Shown here piece by piece: positions 1 to 9,888 of a stretch of 64,000 bases of DNA; positions within the stretch are counted from its first letter, which is position 1, and every line of letters starts with the position of its first letter. Origin of the DNA: Nitrospiraceae bacterium (lineage in GTDB: Bacteria; Nitrospirota; Thermodesulfovibrionia; UBA6902); NCBI GenBank assembly GCA_020356065.1, contig CP070632.1, positions 265,284-329,283 of the forward strand, read 5' to 3'. Position numbers and translations under genes: made by a program. The notes beneath the pieces were generated by a model. It did no database searches, was not told the origin of the DNA, and was given only the letters and a program-made list of their open reading frames with translations.

Positions 1-555
1 AAGAGAAAAATAAAAGTCATCCCTGAGATCATGATCCCTCTCGTAGGTCATGTCAGGGAACTTGAGGCCATGAGGGAGGTCGTTGTTAACGTAGCTGATG
101 GAGTTCAGAAGAAAGCCAAGGTTAAAGTTCCTTATTCAGTCGGAACCATGATTGAGCTGCCGCGCGCGTGCGTCACCGCTGACGAGATCGCTCATGTTGC
201 AGACTTCTATTCTTTCGGCACGAACGATCTTACCCAGACAACGTACGGCTTATCCAGAGATGATGCAGGACGGTTTCTGCCCTTCTATGTAGAAGAGGGA
301 ATCTTGCATGATGATCCCTTTGTCTCAATCGATGTTGATGGTGTCGGTCCGTTAATGAAAACAGCAGTTGAGCTCGGCAGAGGCGTGAAAAAAGACCTTA
401 AGCTAGGTATCTGCGGAGAGCACGGAGGTGAGCCGAAGTCTGTTGAGTTCTGTCATAACATCGGACTTGACTATGTAAGCTGCTCGCCTTTCAGGGTGCC
501 GATCGCACGGTTTGCAGCTGCACAGGCACAGTTGAAGAAGAAAAGAAAGAGGTAA
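1..555 (+). CDS. ppdK: Pyruvate phosphate dikinase, C-terminal PEP-utilising domain. 5' partial; the frame is open to window base 1.
   Basis: Translation contains ...[18 protein letters not shown]...ICGEHGG..., the conserved C-terminal PEP-utilising enzyme signature. Frame 1 reads [16 protein letters not shown] from the window edge without an upstream stop. Confidence 0.85.
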   Translation, partial: KRKIKVIPEIMIPLVGHVRELEAMREVVVNVADGVQKKAKVKVPYSVGTMIELPRACVTADEIAHVADFYSFGTNDLTQTTYGLSRDDAGRFLPFYVEEGILHDDPFVSIDVDGVGPLMKTAVELGRGVKKDLKLGICGEHGGEPKSVEFCHNIGLDYVSCSPFRVPIARFAAAQAQLKKKRKR

Positions 556-604
556 TCAAATTGTAATAAATTTAATTCTAGCATTATCACTTCAAGTGAC
601 AGAA

Positions 605-637
605 AAGGCACAGATATTTTAATCTGTGCCTTTTCTA
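605..637 (+). terminator. Rho-independent terminator after ppdK.
   Basis: GGCACAGAT-attttaa-TCTGTGCC stem-loop followed by TTTTCT, about 50 nt after the ppdK stop. Confidence 0.5.
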
Positions 638-736
638 TTACCATGGTACCGAATGATAAGTTACATTTAATAATTGTCTCCAAGGTATCTTATGAATAAG
701 TTTTTATGCATACCTGCCTTTTTTTAAGTTACATAT

Positions 737-1324
737 CTAAAGCACATACTTGATCAATAAGAATCCCCCAATAAGCAAAATCATAAATATGATACTTAAG
801 AGGTTAAAGTACTTGTCAATAAAATTCCTGATGGGGGATCCGAATTTCCAGATCAAGGCAGCTACAACAAAAAACCTGGTGCTTCTCCCAATAATAGAAG
901 CCAGTGTAAAAAGCCAGAAGTCGAAATTGAAAACTCCGGATGCAATAGTAAAAACCTTGTACGGTATCGGAGTAATCGCAGCAATCAGAATGCCCAGAAA
1001 GCCGTGCTGGTCATATTTGGTTTTGATCAGATCCATGACTTCCTGTCCATGATAAAATTCGACAATCGGTCTGCCAATTGTTTCATATCCGTACAAACCT
1101 ATGCCATAACCTATTATTCCGCCAAGAACAGAACCTATCATGCAAATCATAGCGTATTTAAATGCTTTTTTCGGAATAGAAATAGCAAGTGTAATCAGAA
1201 GAACGTCAGGCGGTACAGGGAAAAAGGATGATTCAGCAAATGCAAGTAAAAAAAGTGCAGGCACCGCGTATGGAGTTTCAGCCCAATGTAAGACCCAATC
1301 GTACAGCTTCTTAATAAATTTCAA
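737..1324 (-). CDS. DedA/YqaA-family inner-membrane protein.
   Basis: 195 aa, multi-TM. N-terminal AETPYAVPALFLLAFAESSFFPVPPDVLLI motif typical of the DedA (SNARE-associated) family. Confidence 0.65.
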   Translation of the reverse strand: MKFIKKLYDWVLHWAETPYAVPALFLLAFAESSFFPVPPDVLLITLAISIPKKAFKYAMICMIGSVLGGIIGYGIGLYGYETIGRPIVEFYHGQEVMDLIKTKYDQHGFLGILIAAITPIPYKVFTIASGVFNFDFWLFTLASIIGRSTRFFVVAALIWKFGSPIRNFIDKYFNLLSIIFMILLIGGFLLIKYVL

Positions 1325-1410
1325 TTTCCTGTTTCCTCCTGTTTATCGTCTCATTTATAAACATGTAATTCATATTTATTTCAGTATTATGCTAAATCGA
1401 CAGAAAGGAC

Positions 1411-1446
1411 AAAAAAAAGGCGGGGTCAAACGCTCCGCCTTTTTTC
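1411..1446 (-). terminator. Bidirectional intrinsic terminator, most plausibly terminating nfo on the minus strand.
   Basis: A8-GGCGGGG-tcaaacg-CTCCGCC-T6. The A-run on one side and T-run on the other mean it reads as stem plus U-tract on both strands. Confidence 0.5.
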
Positions 1447-1769
1447 GTACGACCGTTAGGTCAACTTGTTGGGGGCTTTAACCGCCGCCGCTGCAATCAG
1501 ATTAAGATACAGATTGATTATAAATCTCCTGATGTAATGGATGCGTATATTCTATAAAAAACATACTGCTCTTGGCAATAAAAAAACAGGGCGGTTTGAC
1601 TATTTTATTTTATGTCAATATTTCAAATACTTAAATATATTATTTGAATGTTATACATTAGCATTTTCATGGCCTCGGATGATGCGTACCACCAATTTGC
1701 GGCTCTTAACAAAATGATGCGTGTAGCTTTCCGCAGATAAGTTGTAACCATATCCCATACTCAATAAAA

Positions 1770-2648
1770 TCAGTTCATCCTTTTATTAATTAGAGAAAAT
1801 ACTGTCTCGAGGTTGTTCCTGTCATCATTATCATTCTCCTTGGGAGTTTCCAGAATGATCGGTACTTTTGTGATTCTTCTGTCAGATAAAATGTTTCTGA
1901 ATCCGTCAATACCTATCGATCCTCTTCCGATATGTTCATGTCGATCAACACCGGAACCCAGAGACTTCTTTGAGTCATTAAGATGAATGAGCTTAAGCTT
2001 GTCGACACCGATATATTCAGATATTTCATTTACCAGTCTGTTCAATCCTTTAACGGATGTAATATCATATCCGGATGCAAATGCATGACACGTGTCAATG
2101 CATATGCCCGCTATTCGGTCACAACTGCACAGATCCATAATGTCTGCCAATGCCTGTATGGACGAAGTTATATCTCCTCGCTGACCTGCCGTGTTTTCAA
2201 GAATTATTGTCGTGTTGCCCTGCCTGCTATCAATGCTTTCCCTGAGCGCCATTGCCGCCTTCTCTCGTGCTGCCTTTCCATCCTTACCGCTTGCACTTCC
2301 CGTATGTAGAACAACGTATTCAGCCCCTATCAGGTCGGCATTTGCCATCTCATACGAAAGGAGATCTATTGATTTTCTGACAATATCAGGAGAATGGGAT
2401 GCAAGGTTAATTAAATACGAGGCGTGAACAAATACAGGATTGATATCATTTTTCTGTCTCAGGACTGAAAAACGTTGTACTTCGGTTTTTCTTATTCCGG
2501 TTTTTCTCCACTGTCTTGGGCTGTGAGTAAAAATCTGAACCGTATTGCATTTCAGCTGGGCCGACCTCTCTAATGATCTTGAAATGCCTCCTGCAATTGA
2601 GGCATGCACGCCAATCCTGACAAGTGGTAATTTTATTTTATTTTTCAA
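1770..2648 (-). CDS. nfo: Endonuclease IV (AP endonuclease family 2).
   Basis: 292 aa. HASYLINLAS, LHTGS, ILENTAGQ, CIDTCHAFASGYD and HLNDSK...DRHE motifs of the Nfo metal-binding TIM barrel. Confidence 0.85.
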   Translation of the reverse strand: MKNKIKLPLVRIGVHASIAGGISRSLERSAQLKCNTVQIFTHSPRQWRKTGIRKTEVQRFSVLRQKNDINPVFVHASYLINLASHSPDIVRKSIDLLSYEMANADLIGAEYVVLHTGSASGKDGKAAREKAAMALRESIDSRQGNTTIILENTAGQRGDITSSIQALADIMDLCSCDRIAGICIDTCHAFASGYDITSVKGLNRLVNEISEYIGVDKLKLIHLNDSKKSLGSGVDRHEHIGRGSIGIDGFRNILSDRRITKVPIILETPKENDNDDRNNLETVFSLINKRMN

Positions 2649-2706
2649 TTAATTGGCAAGCAATATGTGATGTTATTTCTTATAATACTCAGAGAGCCAT
2701 CCGGCT

Positions 2707-2964
2707 TCATATAAGAGAGAACTTTTCCAGCTCCCTGACCATCTGATCATACTCATCAGGACTGTGCCTCCATAAGGCTATAATAGCATCATACGGCTCC
2801 ATTGAGCCTGCCGGGTCAACAGGAAGCAGAAACCGGTCAAAGATAGCCCCGAATACTTTTCTCTTAGATGTGTCTCCGAACAGATCTTCGTAGGCAAAGC
2901 TAATTTTCTGTGCTGTCTGTAGTGCCATTTCATATGCCTCAATATCCATGGTTATACACCCCAC
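2707..2964 (-). CDS. Small hypothetical protein (85 aa).
   Basis: Intact ORF with no recognisable motif, in the gap between nfo and rnhA. Confidence 0.3.
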   Translation of the reverse strand: MGCITMDIEAYEMALQTAQKISFAYEDLFGDTSKRKVFGAIFDRFLLPVDPAGSMEPYDAIIALWRHSPDEYDQMVRELEKFSLI

Positions 2965-3034
2965 TCTCTTTTTCTTCCCTTGAATAATCTATTACAATAA
3001 ACTATTAATTTACTTTGTGACAAACCTGCCCGGA

Positions 3035-3535
3035 TCAATGACCCTTTTTCACGGCCTGCCTTGCCAGTAAGTCAGCTTCTGTATTCAGTTCCCTACTCAC
3101 ATGAGTGATGGTACACCTGTTAAAATCATTTAAAAGTTCTTTTGCCCGGGTCCAGAGTCTATACAGATTTTTATTCTTTACTTTATAGACACCATTCATC
3201 TGCTTTACAAGAAGCTCGGAATCAAGATAGATATCAATAACCTTAACTCCCAGTGACCGTGCCTTTTCAAGCCCTCTGATAAGAGCGGAATATTCAGCAA
3301 CATTGTTTGTGGCAATACCAATATATTCGGATATCCTGCAGTTCCTTCTCTCATCGAACATCCCTGCATGATCAAAGCTGATTAATACCCCTATACCTGA
3401 TTTTCCAGGATTTCCGCTTGAAGCACCATCGCAGAACATTGTCGCGGAAAGCATATACCGGTCTTTTTCAGAATTTATTTCTCCTGTTTCAAACAGGTCT
3501 GGCTGAGACATATTATTGTTGATGTGGCTCGTCAT
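3035..3535 (-). CDS. rnhA: Ribonuclease HI.
   Basis: 166 aa. FCDGASSGNPG...NNVAEYSALIRGLE...DSELLVKQMNG...ELNTEADLLAR, the RNase H type-1 DEDD core. Confidence 0.8.
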   Translation of the reverse strand: MTSHINNNMSQPDLFETGEINSEKDRYMLSATMFCDGASSGNPGKSGIGVLISFDHAGMFDERRNCRISEYIGIATNNVAEYSALIRGLEKARSLGVKVIDIYLDSELLVKQMNGVYKVKNKNLYRLWTRAKELLNDFNRCTITHVSRELNTEADLLARQAVKKGH

Positions 3536-4284
3536 TAAGAAGATGGAGGAGTTGACGGCGGGTTTTCATCAGCAGGCGGAGGTTCCTTGTAATATAAAAA
3601 CCTTTTGCAGTAGTAGCAGGTGTAGGTTTTGCCTGTTTCCTTTATGTCATTGTACAGCTGCGGCGGGATATTTGTGTTGCATCCTAAACATATTTCATTC
3701 CTGACCTGGACCACAGCAAGTCCGCCGAGCCTGTCAAATTTTTTCATATACTGATCATAGAGTTCTTTATTTACCCTGGTAACAAAATCATTTCTTTTTG
3801 CCTTGTACATATCTATTTCTGCAGTGAGCCTGGTTTTTTCCTCTTGTATTAATTTTTCCTGCTTTTTAAAATCCTCTTCAGCCTTCCTGACCGTCTCCTC
3901 TTCTTTTTGTATCTGAGCGGTAAAAGCTTCAATCTCTTCCATTAAAGCAAGGATCTCGTCTTCAATCTTATAAATATTATTTTCGAACACCCCTATCTCC
4001 TTACGATGGGCTTCATATTCCTTGTTAGTTTTTATGTCACTGCTTCTGGCCTTTAGCTTGTCAATCTTGTCCTGAACCTCATCCAGCTCTAAATCTTTAT
4101 CGTGTTTCTTCCTGTTAAGAACTTCCGCCTTTTTCTTGATTGATTCAAATGACTTACGAGCTTCCCTGAGGGGAACTTCAAATTGAGATAACCTGCGGGG
4201 CAACACATCAATTTCATCAGCTATGGACAAAATAGCAGTATCAAGTTCCTGCAGTTCAATCAGAAGTTTCAGTTGTTCATCCAA
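3535..4284 (-). CDS. COG1579-type coiled-coil plus C4 zinc-ribbon protein with a Pro-rich tail. Its stop overlaps the rnhA start.
   Basis: 249 aa. Long heptad/coiled-coil region, then CLGCNTNI...CYYCKRFLY zinc ribbon. Its stop and the rnhA start fall at the same coordinate (3535), suggesting a conserved gene pair. Confidence 0.65.
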   Translation of the reverse strand: MDEQLKLLIELQELDTAILSIADEIDVLPRRLSQFEVPLREARKSFESIKKKAEVLNRKKHDKDLELDEVQDKIDKLKARSSDIKTNKEYEAHRKEIGVFENNIYKIEDEILALMEEIEAFTAQIQKEEETVRKAEEDFKKQEKLIQEEKTRLTAEIDMYKAKRNDFVTRVNKELYDQYMKKFDRLGGLAVVQVRNEICLGCNTNIPPQLYNDIKETGKTYTCYYCKRFLYYKEPPPADENPPSTPPSS

Positions 4285-4346
4285 GTTATAAGCAATCCTT
4301 TATCAACAATTCAGCAAGAACAGGCTGACAATATCCATACAGATGC

Positions 4347-4423
4347 TGGTGGGCCCACCAGGACTCGAACCTGGGACCAACCGGTTATGAGCCGGTGGCT
4401 CTAGCCAACTGAGCTATGGGCCC
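4347..4423 (-). tRNA. tRNA with CAU anticodon (Met, or Ile2 if lysidine-modified). CCA is encoded.
   Basis: The reverse complement reads GGGCCCATAGCTCAGTTGGCTAGAGC-ACCGG-CTCATAA-CCGGT-TGGTCCCAGGTTCGAGTCCTGGTGGGCCCACCA. It has a 7-bp acceptor stem, D-loop, CAT anticodon loop and T-arm GGTTCGAGTCC. Confidence 0.85.
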
Positions 4424-4573
4424 GAATCAGTTAATATCTGACTAGACATTCTATGATAAAACACTTAAAATTGCAAACCTTGAGCACTCTGTTATGCATG
4501 CAGCATGCATGCTTTTGGATGAATAATTAAATGACGGCCAGAGTTATTTTACAACAAGGATGAAATGAACATT

Positions 4574-6097
4574 TTAAATATCTTTCATTAATGCGACTCT
4601 CTTATAAAAGCCGCACTTTCTGCAGTCTCCAATTTTTTGTGCTACAGCTCCGCTCACCTTTTTACCACAAAAAGTACCTGCAACAGCCCAGCACATGCGT
4701 CCGAAGTGAGGATAAGCAGGACACCTCATATTAACCGCACCTTCGGCTTTTTCAACGCCGCACCTGGTAAATTCCCAGCATTTGGTTTTTGACCCGTTCT
4801 CGCCGCTCTGATGAGGAAAGCACATTTTAAATGTTGTGCCGTGGCCAGGCTCACTGTCAACAAAAATCAATCCGTTATGCTCATCCATTATTTTCTTGCA
4901 TATTGACAGACCGAGCCCGGTACCTACACCTATCTCTTTCGTTGTATAAAAAGGTTCAAACATCATTTTTGTCGCATCAGCAGTCAGCCCCGATCCCGTG
5001 TCCTTCACCTCGACAACAATGTATTCAGCATAATACATCTCTTCCCTGTATGTTTTGATAGTGAGACTCCCCCCTTCCGGCATTACATCGATTGCATTTG
5101 AAATCAGGTTATTAACAGCCTGTCGAACATGATCTCTGTCAATGAGAATGTCAGGAAGAGGTTCTGAGAGATCGGTTATAATCGTAATGGACTGCTCATC
5201 ACACAACGTTCTGAAAGTACTGACAACATCATCGACAGAATCGTTTATCTGATGATTTTCCAAGTCAAACTTTGCTTCTCTCGAAAACATAAGGACATCT
5301 CTCAGGATGCGCTCCAGCCTGTCAACCTCAGACATCACAATCTCAGCGTATTCTTTCTCCCTTGTACCAGCGACTAATTTATTATTCAGCCTTCTTGCAA
5401 ATCCCCCTATTGATGTAAGAGGATTCCGGATTTCATGGGCCACATCCGCGGTCAGCCTTCCCAGGGCAGACAGTTTCTCTCCCTGTATAAGTTTCCCCTG
5501 CATACTCTGAAGTTCATCAATGTATCTTTCCAGTTCCTTATTAAGGTCCTCGATCTTGTCCTTATCACTTTTCAGTTTTTGTGAAAGCATTCCTAATGGA
5601 ATCGCAAGCAGGAACAGGAACGCAATCCTTACGAAAAAATCCGCCCAGTGAAGATTACCAAATTCACACCCACAGCTGATAAAGTAAAGAACAGACGCAA
5701 CCGCAGCTATAATCGTGCCGGGTATAAGCCCGAAATAAAACGAATAGAGCGCAGTCATCAAATAAAATCCATTAAAAAAAGAACTCTCGAATCCGCCAGT
5801 TACCCTGACAAGCAATGTTGTATACACAAGATCAAAAACGAGAGCCATCCCGTAAATACTCTTTTTCTTTTCAGGAGAGATAAAAAGCCATGCATAAATA
5901 GCGATACAATAGAACAGGAAATAAATATATATACTTCGTACGCTTCGAAAAGTATCCGGGGAGATATCAGCGAGGACCAGCCAGGATATGCCCCCAATAA
6001 AAATAACTACGCGCAGATAAATAAAAGCGCGGTCAGCTATCTCAATTCTGGGCTTGGTCTTTTCCCACAGCTTATTCAGTCTTTGACAGAGATTCAT
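4574..6097 (-). CDS. Orphan membrane sensor histidine kinase with a C-terminal Cys-rich 'two Cys-Trp' sensor domain.
   Basis: 507 aa. N-terminal polytopic membrane region, coiled coil, HisKA H-box ADVAHEIRNPLTSI and HATPase_c (G-boxes DTGSGL, GTGLGLSI). C-terminal 70 aa reads CWEFTRCG...CP...CWAVAGTFCG...CRKCGF. No response regulator is adjacent. Confidence 0.8.
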   Translation of the reverse strand: MNLCQRLNKLWEKTKPRIEIADRAFIYLRVVIFIGGISWLVLADISPDTFRSVRSIYIYFLFYCIAIYAWLFISPEKKKSIYGMALVFDLVYTTLLVRVTGGFESSFFNGFYLMTALYSFYFGLIPGTIIAAVASVLYFISCGCEFGNLHWADFFVRIAFLFLLAIPLGMLSQKLKSDKDKIEDLNKELERYIDELQSMQGKLIQGEKLSALGRLTADVAHEIRNPLTSIGGFARRLNNKLVAGTREKEYAEIVMSEVDRLERILRDVLMFSREAKFDLENHQINDSVDDVVSTFRTLCDEQSITIITDLSEPLPDILIDRDHVRQAVNNLISNAIDVMPEGGSLTIKTYREEMYYAEYIVVEVKDTGSGLTADATKMMFEPFYTTKEIGVGTGLGLSICKKIMDEHNGLIFVDSEPGHGTTFKMCFPHQSGENGSKTKCWEFTRCGVEKAEGAVNMRCPAYPHFGRMCWAVAGTFCGKKVSGAVAQKIGDCRKCGFYKRVALMKDI

Positions 6098-6333
6098 TAA
6101 ACAGACTTTATATGTTGCAGTGTTACCATCAGCTGAATGATGTTACGACTTTCTAACCACGTTTGTTTCCAGCTTAATCATGCCCATATCTAATAACAGC
6201 ATGTGTGTATAAAAATAATCAAGTAATGCTGTTTTAAATTTCGGTTAATACTGTTTTATTCTTTACTTAAGCGCATTTTTCTGACTAAGAGAACAAGTTG
6301 ATGTTTTGAGCAGGTATCATACATAATACTTTA

Positions 6334-7479
6334 ATGAATTCCACGTTTACAAAGGTCCATGCAGAGATTTTGCGGGGAATGAAGCTGTCGAAATGTCGAA
6401 AATGCGGCTGTATGAGAGGCACGCTTGAGAATCTGAAGGCATCTCTCCCTTTACTGAAGCTCAAGGATGCAAAAGAGCTGCTTCGGAATGTTAATGATTG
6501 GTATGATAAGCTCGATCCTCAGGAATATCCGTGTTTTGGCTGCAAATATTGCATTCCGCCGGAAGCAATGACCATGCTCACAGCCAGGTATCCGAAACTT
6601 GCATCAGCCACATTGTCAAGTTGTGAGATTCGGGTAGATACAGGCTCATGGCCGCCCGTAGAAGGAGAGTATACGGTAGTGGACAGGTCAGCCCCGATTG
6701 CGGTTACTACCCTTGCAAGTGTAAAGCTCGAAGATAAGCTTGTCAAAGCAAATCCATCAGGATTATGTATTGTTGGAAAAACAGAAACAGAAAATATCGG
6801 CATTGACAAAATAGTAAAAAATATTATCTCCAATCCCTCCATTTCGCATCTGATAGTGGCCGGAAAAGACACAGCAGGCCACCAGAGCGGCAAGACGCTT
6901 CTTGCTCTCTGGGAAAACGGTGTTGACAAAAACATGCGTATTATCGGCTCTGACGGCAGACGTCCAATTTTGAAAAATGTCTCATCTGCCGATGTAGATA
7001 ATTTTCGCAAGCAAATTACAGTGGATGATCAAATAGGCTGTGAAAATACTAAGACTTTAGTAAAGAGAGTGAACGTCCTTGCTGAGCAGGCACTTTCAGC
7101 AAAAAGTACAACAGGCTGCGGATGTCAGGGTAACTGCAGTGACCAGATACCCGTTGCATCACCGATCTCATTTATCGGTACAACCGTTTCTACTGTCAAG
7201 GCAAAAAAATTTGCAAAAACTTCCATAAAACTGGATACATCAGGTTATTTTGTAATCGTCCCTTCGAAAAAAAACGGCACCCTGCTGGTCGAGCATTATT
7301 CATATGACAATAAGCTGTTGCGAAAGATAGAGGGCAAGAGCAGCCGGGATATTTATCTGACCATTGTTGAAAATAAATGGGTATCAGATCTTGGTCATGC
7401 GGCATACCTGGGAAAAGAACTTGCCCGAGCAGAACTGTCCATAAAAAAGGGATTTAAATTTGTACAGGACGGGGCCTGA
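6334..7479 (+). CDS. Hypothetical protein with an N-terminal Cys-rich segment and a possible MtrA-like central domain.
   Basis: 381 aa. CRKCGC...CFGCKYC N-terminal cysteines. The stretch EGEYTVVDRSAPIAVTTLAS ... TENIGIDKIVKNIISNPSISHLIVAGKDTAGHQSGKTLLALWENGVD recalls tetrahydromethanopterin methyltransferase subunit A-like proteins, assigned from memory. Divergent from the histidine kinase. Confidence 0.4.
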   Translation: MNSTFTKVHAEILRGMKLSKCRKCGCMRGTLENLKASLPLLKLKDAKELLRNVNDWYDKLDPQEYPCFGCKYCIPPEAMTMLTARYPKLASATLSSCEIRVDTGSWPPVEGEYTVVDRSAPIAVTTLASVKLEDKLVKANPSGLCIVGKTETENIGIDKIVKNIISNPSISHLIVAGKDTAGHQSGKTLLALWENGVDKNMRIIGSDGRRPILKNVSSADVDNFRKQITVDDQIGCENTKTLVKRVNVLAEQALSAKSTTGCGCQGNCSDQIPVASPISFIGTTVSTVKAKKFAKTSIKLDTSGYFVIVPSKKNGTLLVEHYSYDNKLLRKIEGKSSRDIYLTIVENKWVSDLGHAAYLGKELARAELSIKKGFKFVQDGA

Positions 7480-7582
7480 TCAAACCTGATATAATGTTCT
7501 GAGTTAGAAATCCTGTATTGCCGAAAGCAATATATTTCAAAATTATCCGTGTAATATCGGAATTATATTTTACTCTTTTATA

Positions 7583-8356
7583 ATGGGAAAAATAACAGCA
7601 GTAGCCAATCAGAAGGGTGGTGTCGGAAAAACCACTACCGCAATCAATATAGCAGCTTCCCTTGCAGCTGCTGAAAAAAAGGTACTGCTCATCGATACCG
7701 ATCCCCAGGGCAATTCTACAAGCGGTCTTGGTCTGGATAAAAACTCCACGGACGGAAGCCTGTATGACCTGTATATAGAAAAAAAGAGACTGGATGATAT
7801 TATCCAGTCAACCAGCCTGGAAAATCTGAAAATAATACCATCTAATATTGAACTGATAGGAGCAGAACTGGAGCTTTCAACAAAAGATCTCAGGGAGACC
7901 ATTTTGAGAAACGCCCTCGATCCCATTAAGGGTCAATATCATTACATATTCATCGATTGCCCGCCCTCTCTCAGCCTCCTGACTCTGAATGCCCTTGTTG
8001 CAGCAGACAGCCTGCTTATTCCCATGCAATGCGAATATTATGCCCTGGAGGGAATCAGTATGCTGCTCCATACATATAACCTTATTAGAGAATCTTTCAA
8101 TCCTTCTCTGGAAATAGAAGGTATACTGCTAACCATGTTTGACGGAAGAAATACCTTGGCCAACCAGGTCACGGATGAACTAAAAAAACATTTCGGTGAC
8201 AAGGTGTACAGGACGGTCATTCCCAGAAATGTAACTCTCGCTGAAGCGCCAAGTCATGGGAAGCCTGTCATGCTTTATGATATTCGTTCAAAAGGTGCCC
8301 AGAGCTATATAGAACTTGCAAAGGAGATCATTGGCAATGAAACCAGCGCTTGGTAA
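7583..8356 (+). CDS. parA: Chromosome-partitioning ATPase ParA/Soj.
   Basis: 257 aa. Deviant Walker A KGGVGKTTT, DTDPQGN and ParA family signatures. Confidence 0.9.
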   Translation: MGKITAVANQKGGVGKTTTAINIAASLAAAEKKVLLIDTDPQGNSTSGLGLDKNSTDGSLYDLYIEKKRLDDIIQSTSLENLKIIPSNIELIGAELELSTKDLRETILRNALDPIKGQYHYIFIDCPPSLSLLTLNALVAADSLLIPMQCEYYALEGISMLLHTYNLIRESFNPSLEIEGILLTMFDGRNTLANQVTDELKKHFGDKVYRTVIPRNVTLAEAPSHGKPVMLYDIRSKGAQSYIELAKEIIGNETSAW

Positions 8357-9176
8357 GGGACTATCAGCCTTAATTCCTGAGAAGAAAGTCGACACAAAAG
8401 ATGTACGTGAGCTGAAAATAGATGCCATAGTACCTAATGAATATCAGCCCAGAAGAATTTTCAACGATAAAACCCTGAATGAATTAGTAGCATCGATAAA
8501 AGAAAAAGGCGTTATTCAGCCTGTTATTGTCCGGAAAACCGCAGGCAGTGTTTATCAGCTGATCGCAGGAGAACGACGTTGGAGATCCGCCAAACTGGCA
8601 GGGCTTAACCATATACCTGTCATAGTAAAAGATGCCGCTCCGGTTGAGGCTCTGGAACTGGCTCTTATAGAAAATATCCAGAGAGAAGATCTTAACCCGC
8701 TGGAAACGGCCGAGGCATTTCAGAGACTCATTAAAGATTTCAACCTTACGCATGATGACCTGTCCAGAAAAGTCGGCAAGGACAGGGCAACCGTAACAAA
8801 TTACATCAGGATATTAAAACTGCCCGCGAACATCCGGAAATGGATAGCAGAGGGTTCATTAACTATTGGACATGCAAAAGCACTGCTTCAGGTCAATGAT
8901 CAGAGACAACAGATTGAAATAGCAACAAGGATCATACGAAAGGGTCTCAGTGTGCGGGAAGCAGAAGCGCTATGCAAGAAAGGATCATCCGGCACAAAGC
9001 ACCCCGTAACAAAGGCGGCTGTAGACCCCCAGATTGCATCTCTGGAAGAAAAGATGATGCACAGCCTGGGCACAAAGGTTCGTTTGATCCATAAGTCAAA
9101 CAAGAAAGGGAGAATAGAAATTGAATATTATTCCCTTGATGATCTTGACAGGCTCCTGGACATCCTCACTTCCTGA
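8337..9176 (+). CDS. parB: Chromosome-partitioning protein ParB/Spo0J. The start is probably MKPALGKGL rather than the upstream ATG at 8316.
   Basis: GKGLSALI N-terminus, ParB box GERRWRAAKLAG and HTH region. Overlaps the parA 3' end. Confidence 0.85.
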   Translation: MKPALGKGLSALIPEKKVDTKDVRELKIDAIVPNEYQPRRIFNDKTLNELVASIKEKGVIQPVIVRKTAGSVYQLIAGERRWRSAKLAGLNHIPVIVKDAAPVEALELALIENIQREDLNPLETAEAFQRLIKDFNLTHDDLSRKVGKDRATVTNYIRILKLPANIRKWIAEGSLTIGHAKALLQVNDQRQQIEIATRIIRKGLSVREAEALCKKGSSGTKHPVTKAAVDPQIASLEEKMMHSLGTKVRLIHKSNKKGRIEIEYYSLDDLDRLLDILTS

Positions 9177-9272
9177 TTAAATGTTCTTTTTATTGTATTA
9201 AAAGGCCTGACAATCGGATTTGGTGATTCAGATCACATCTTAAATTTTCGAGCTGATTTATTTTATTAAGTG

Positions 9273-9359
9273 AGGATGTTGAAACTGATATAAAGGGCTC
9301 CTCCCCTAAATTTGTCCTTTTATATCTCCCCTCTCTAGTTTCGACATCCTTTTTTTTTA
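9273..9359 (+). terminator. Long-stem intrinsic terminator after parB.
   Basis: AGGATGTTGAAACT ... AGTTTCGACATCCT (14-bp inverted repeat, 1 mismatch) enclosing about 50 nt, followed immediately by T9. Confidence 0.5.
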
Positions 9360-9366
9360 CGCTTAC

Positions 9367-9795
9367 TCATTCTCCCTTTTGAGGCGGACGGATTTGAGCC
9401 AGAATCTCACTTTTTTCGCCACGCGTTACCGTAAGCATTTCATTTCTTGCCACTTGTCTTTCAAGACCATTTTCCATTAAGAAGATGAGAAGATCATCAA
9501 ACTTCTCTCTCCTTACATTACCGGTACTGGACTGGTCCCTTCTGTCATTAAAAAAGTCCATCAATGTAGAACCGCATGGGCAATTTCTGAAGGCCTCCAC
9601 TATGATTGAGCCGTCCTCCTTCCTGCTCTGTTTGAGCCCTGTAACTGACGCCCTGATATTCTCGGTCTCCCGAAGAAACTGTTCTGCAGATTCAAAAATT
9701 CGTCCACATGTCTCACATTTTATTGGAAATGCAGATTCAGCCAGGGAATGTAAACCACCAAACAATATGTCGTAGAATGTATCTTTCTCCTTCAT
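9367..9795 (-). CDS. Hypothetical CxxC...CPC protein. Start trimmed to MKEKD.
   Basis: The called ORF extends to 9897, but its first 34 codons overlap the intrinsic terminator of the upstream gene. An internal Met gives a 142-aa product. Confidence 0.4.
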   Translation of the reverse strand: MKEKDTFYDILFGGLHSLAESAFPIKCETCGRIFESAEQFLRETENIRASVTGLKQSRKEDGSIIVEAFRNCPCGSTLMDFFNDRRDQSSTGNVRREKFDDLLIFLMENGLERQVARNEMLTVTRGEKSEILAQIRPPQKGE

Positions 9796-9852
9796 CGCAA
9801 TCTGACACAGAGCCGCCTGGATTATGTGTGCCAGGGAGTCTTCTAAATATAT

Positions 9853-9888
9853 AAAAAAAAAGAGGCCGGGAACAATTCCCCGGCCTCC
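9853..9888 (-). terminator. Intrinsic terminator of the DsbA-like gene.
   Basis: On the minus strand: GGAGGCCGGG-gaattgtt-CCCGGCCTC followed by T9. Confidence 0.55.

Noticed and set aside
4478-4512. Near-palindrome TGCATGCAGCATGCATGC upstream of the histidine kinase.
   Set aside because: It is short and built from SphI-like GCATGC repeats with no partner site or conserved context. This is more likely chance low-complexity than a regulatory element.
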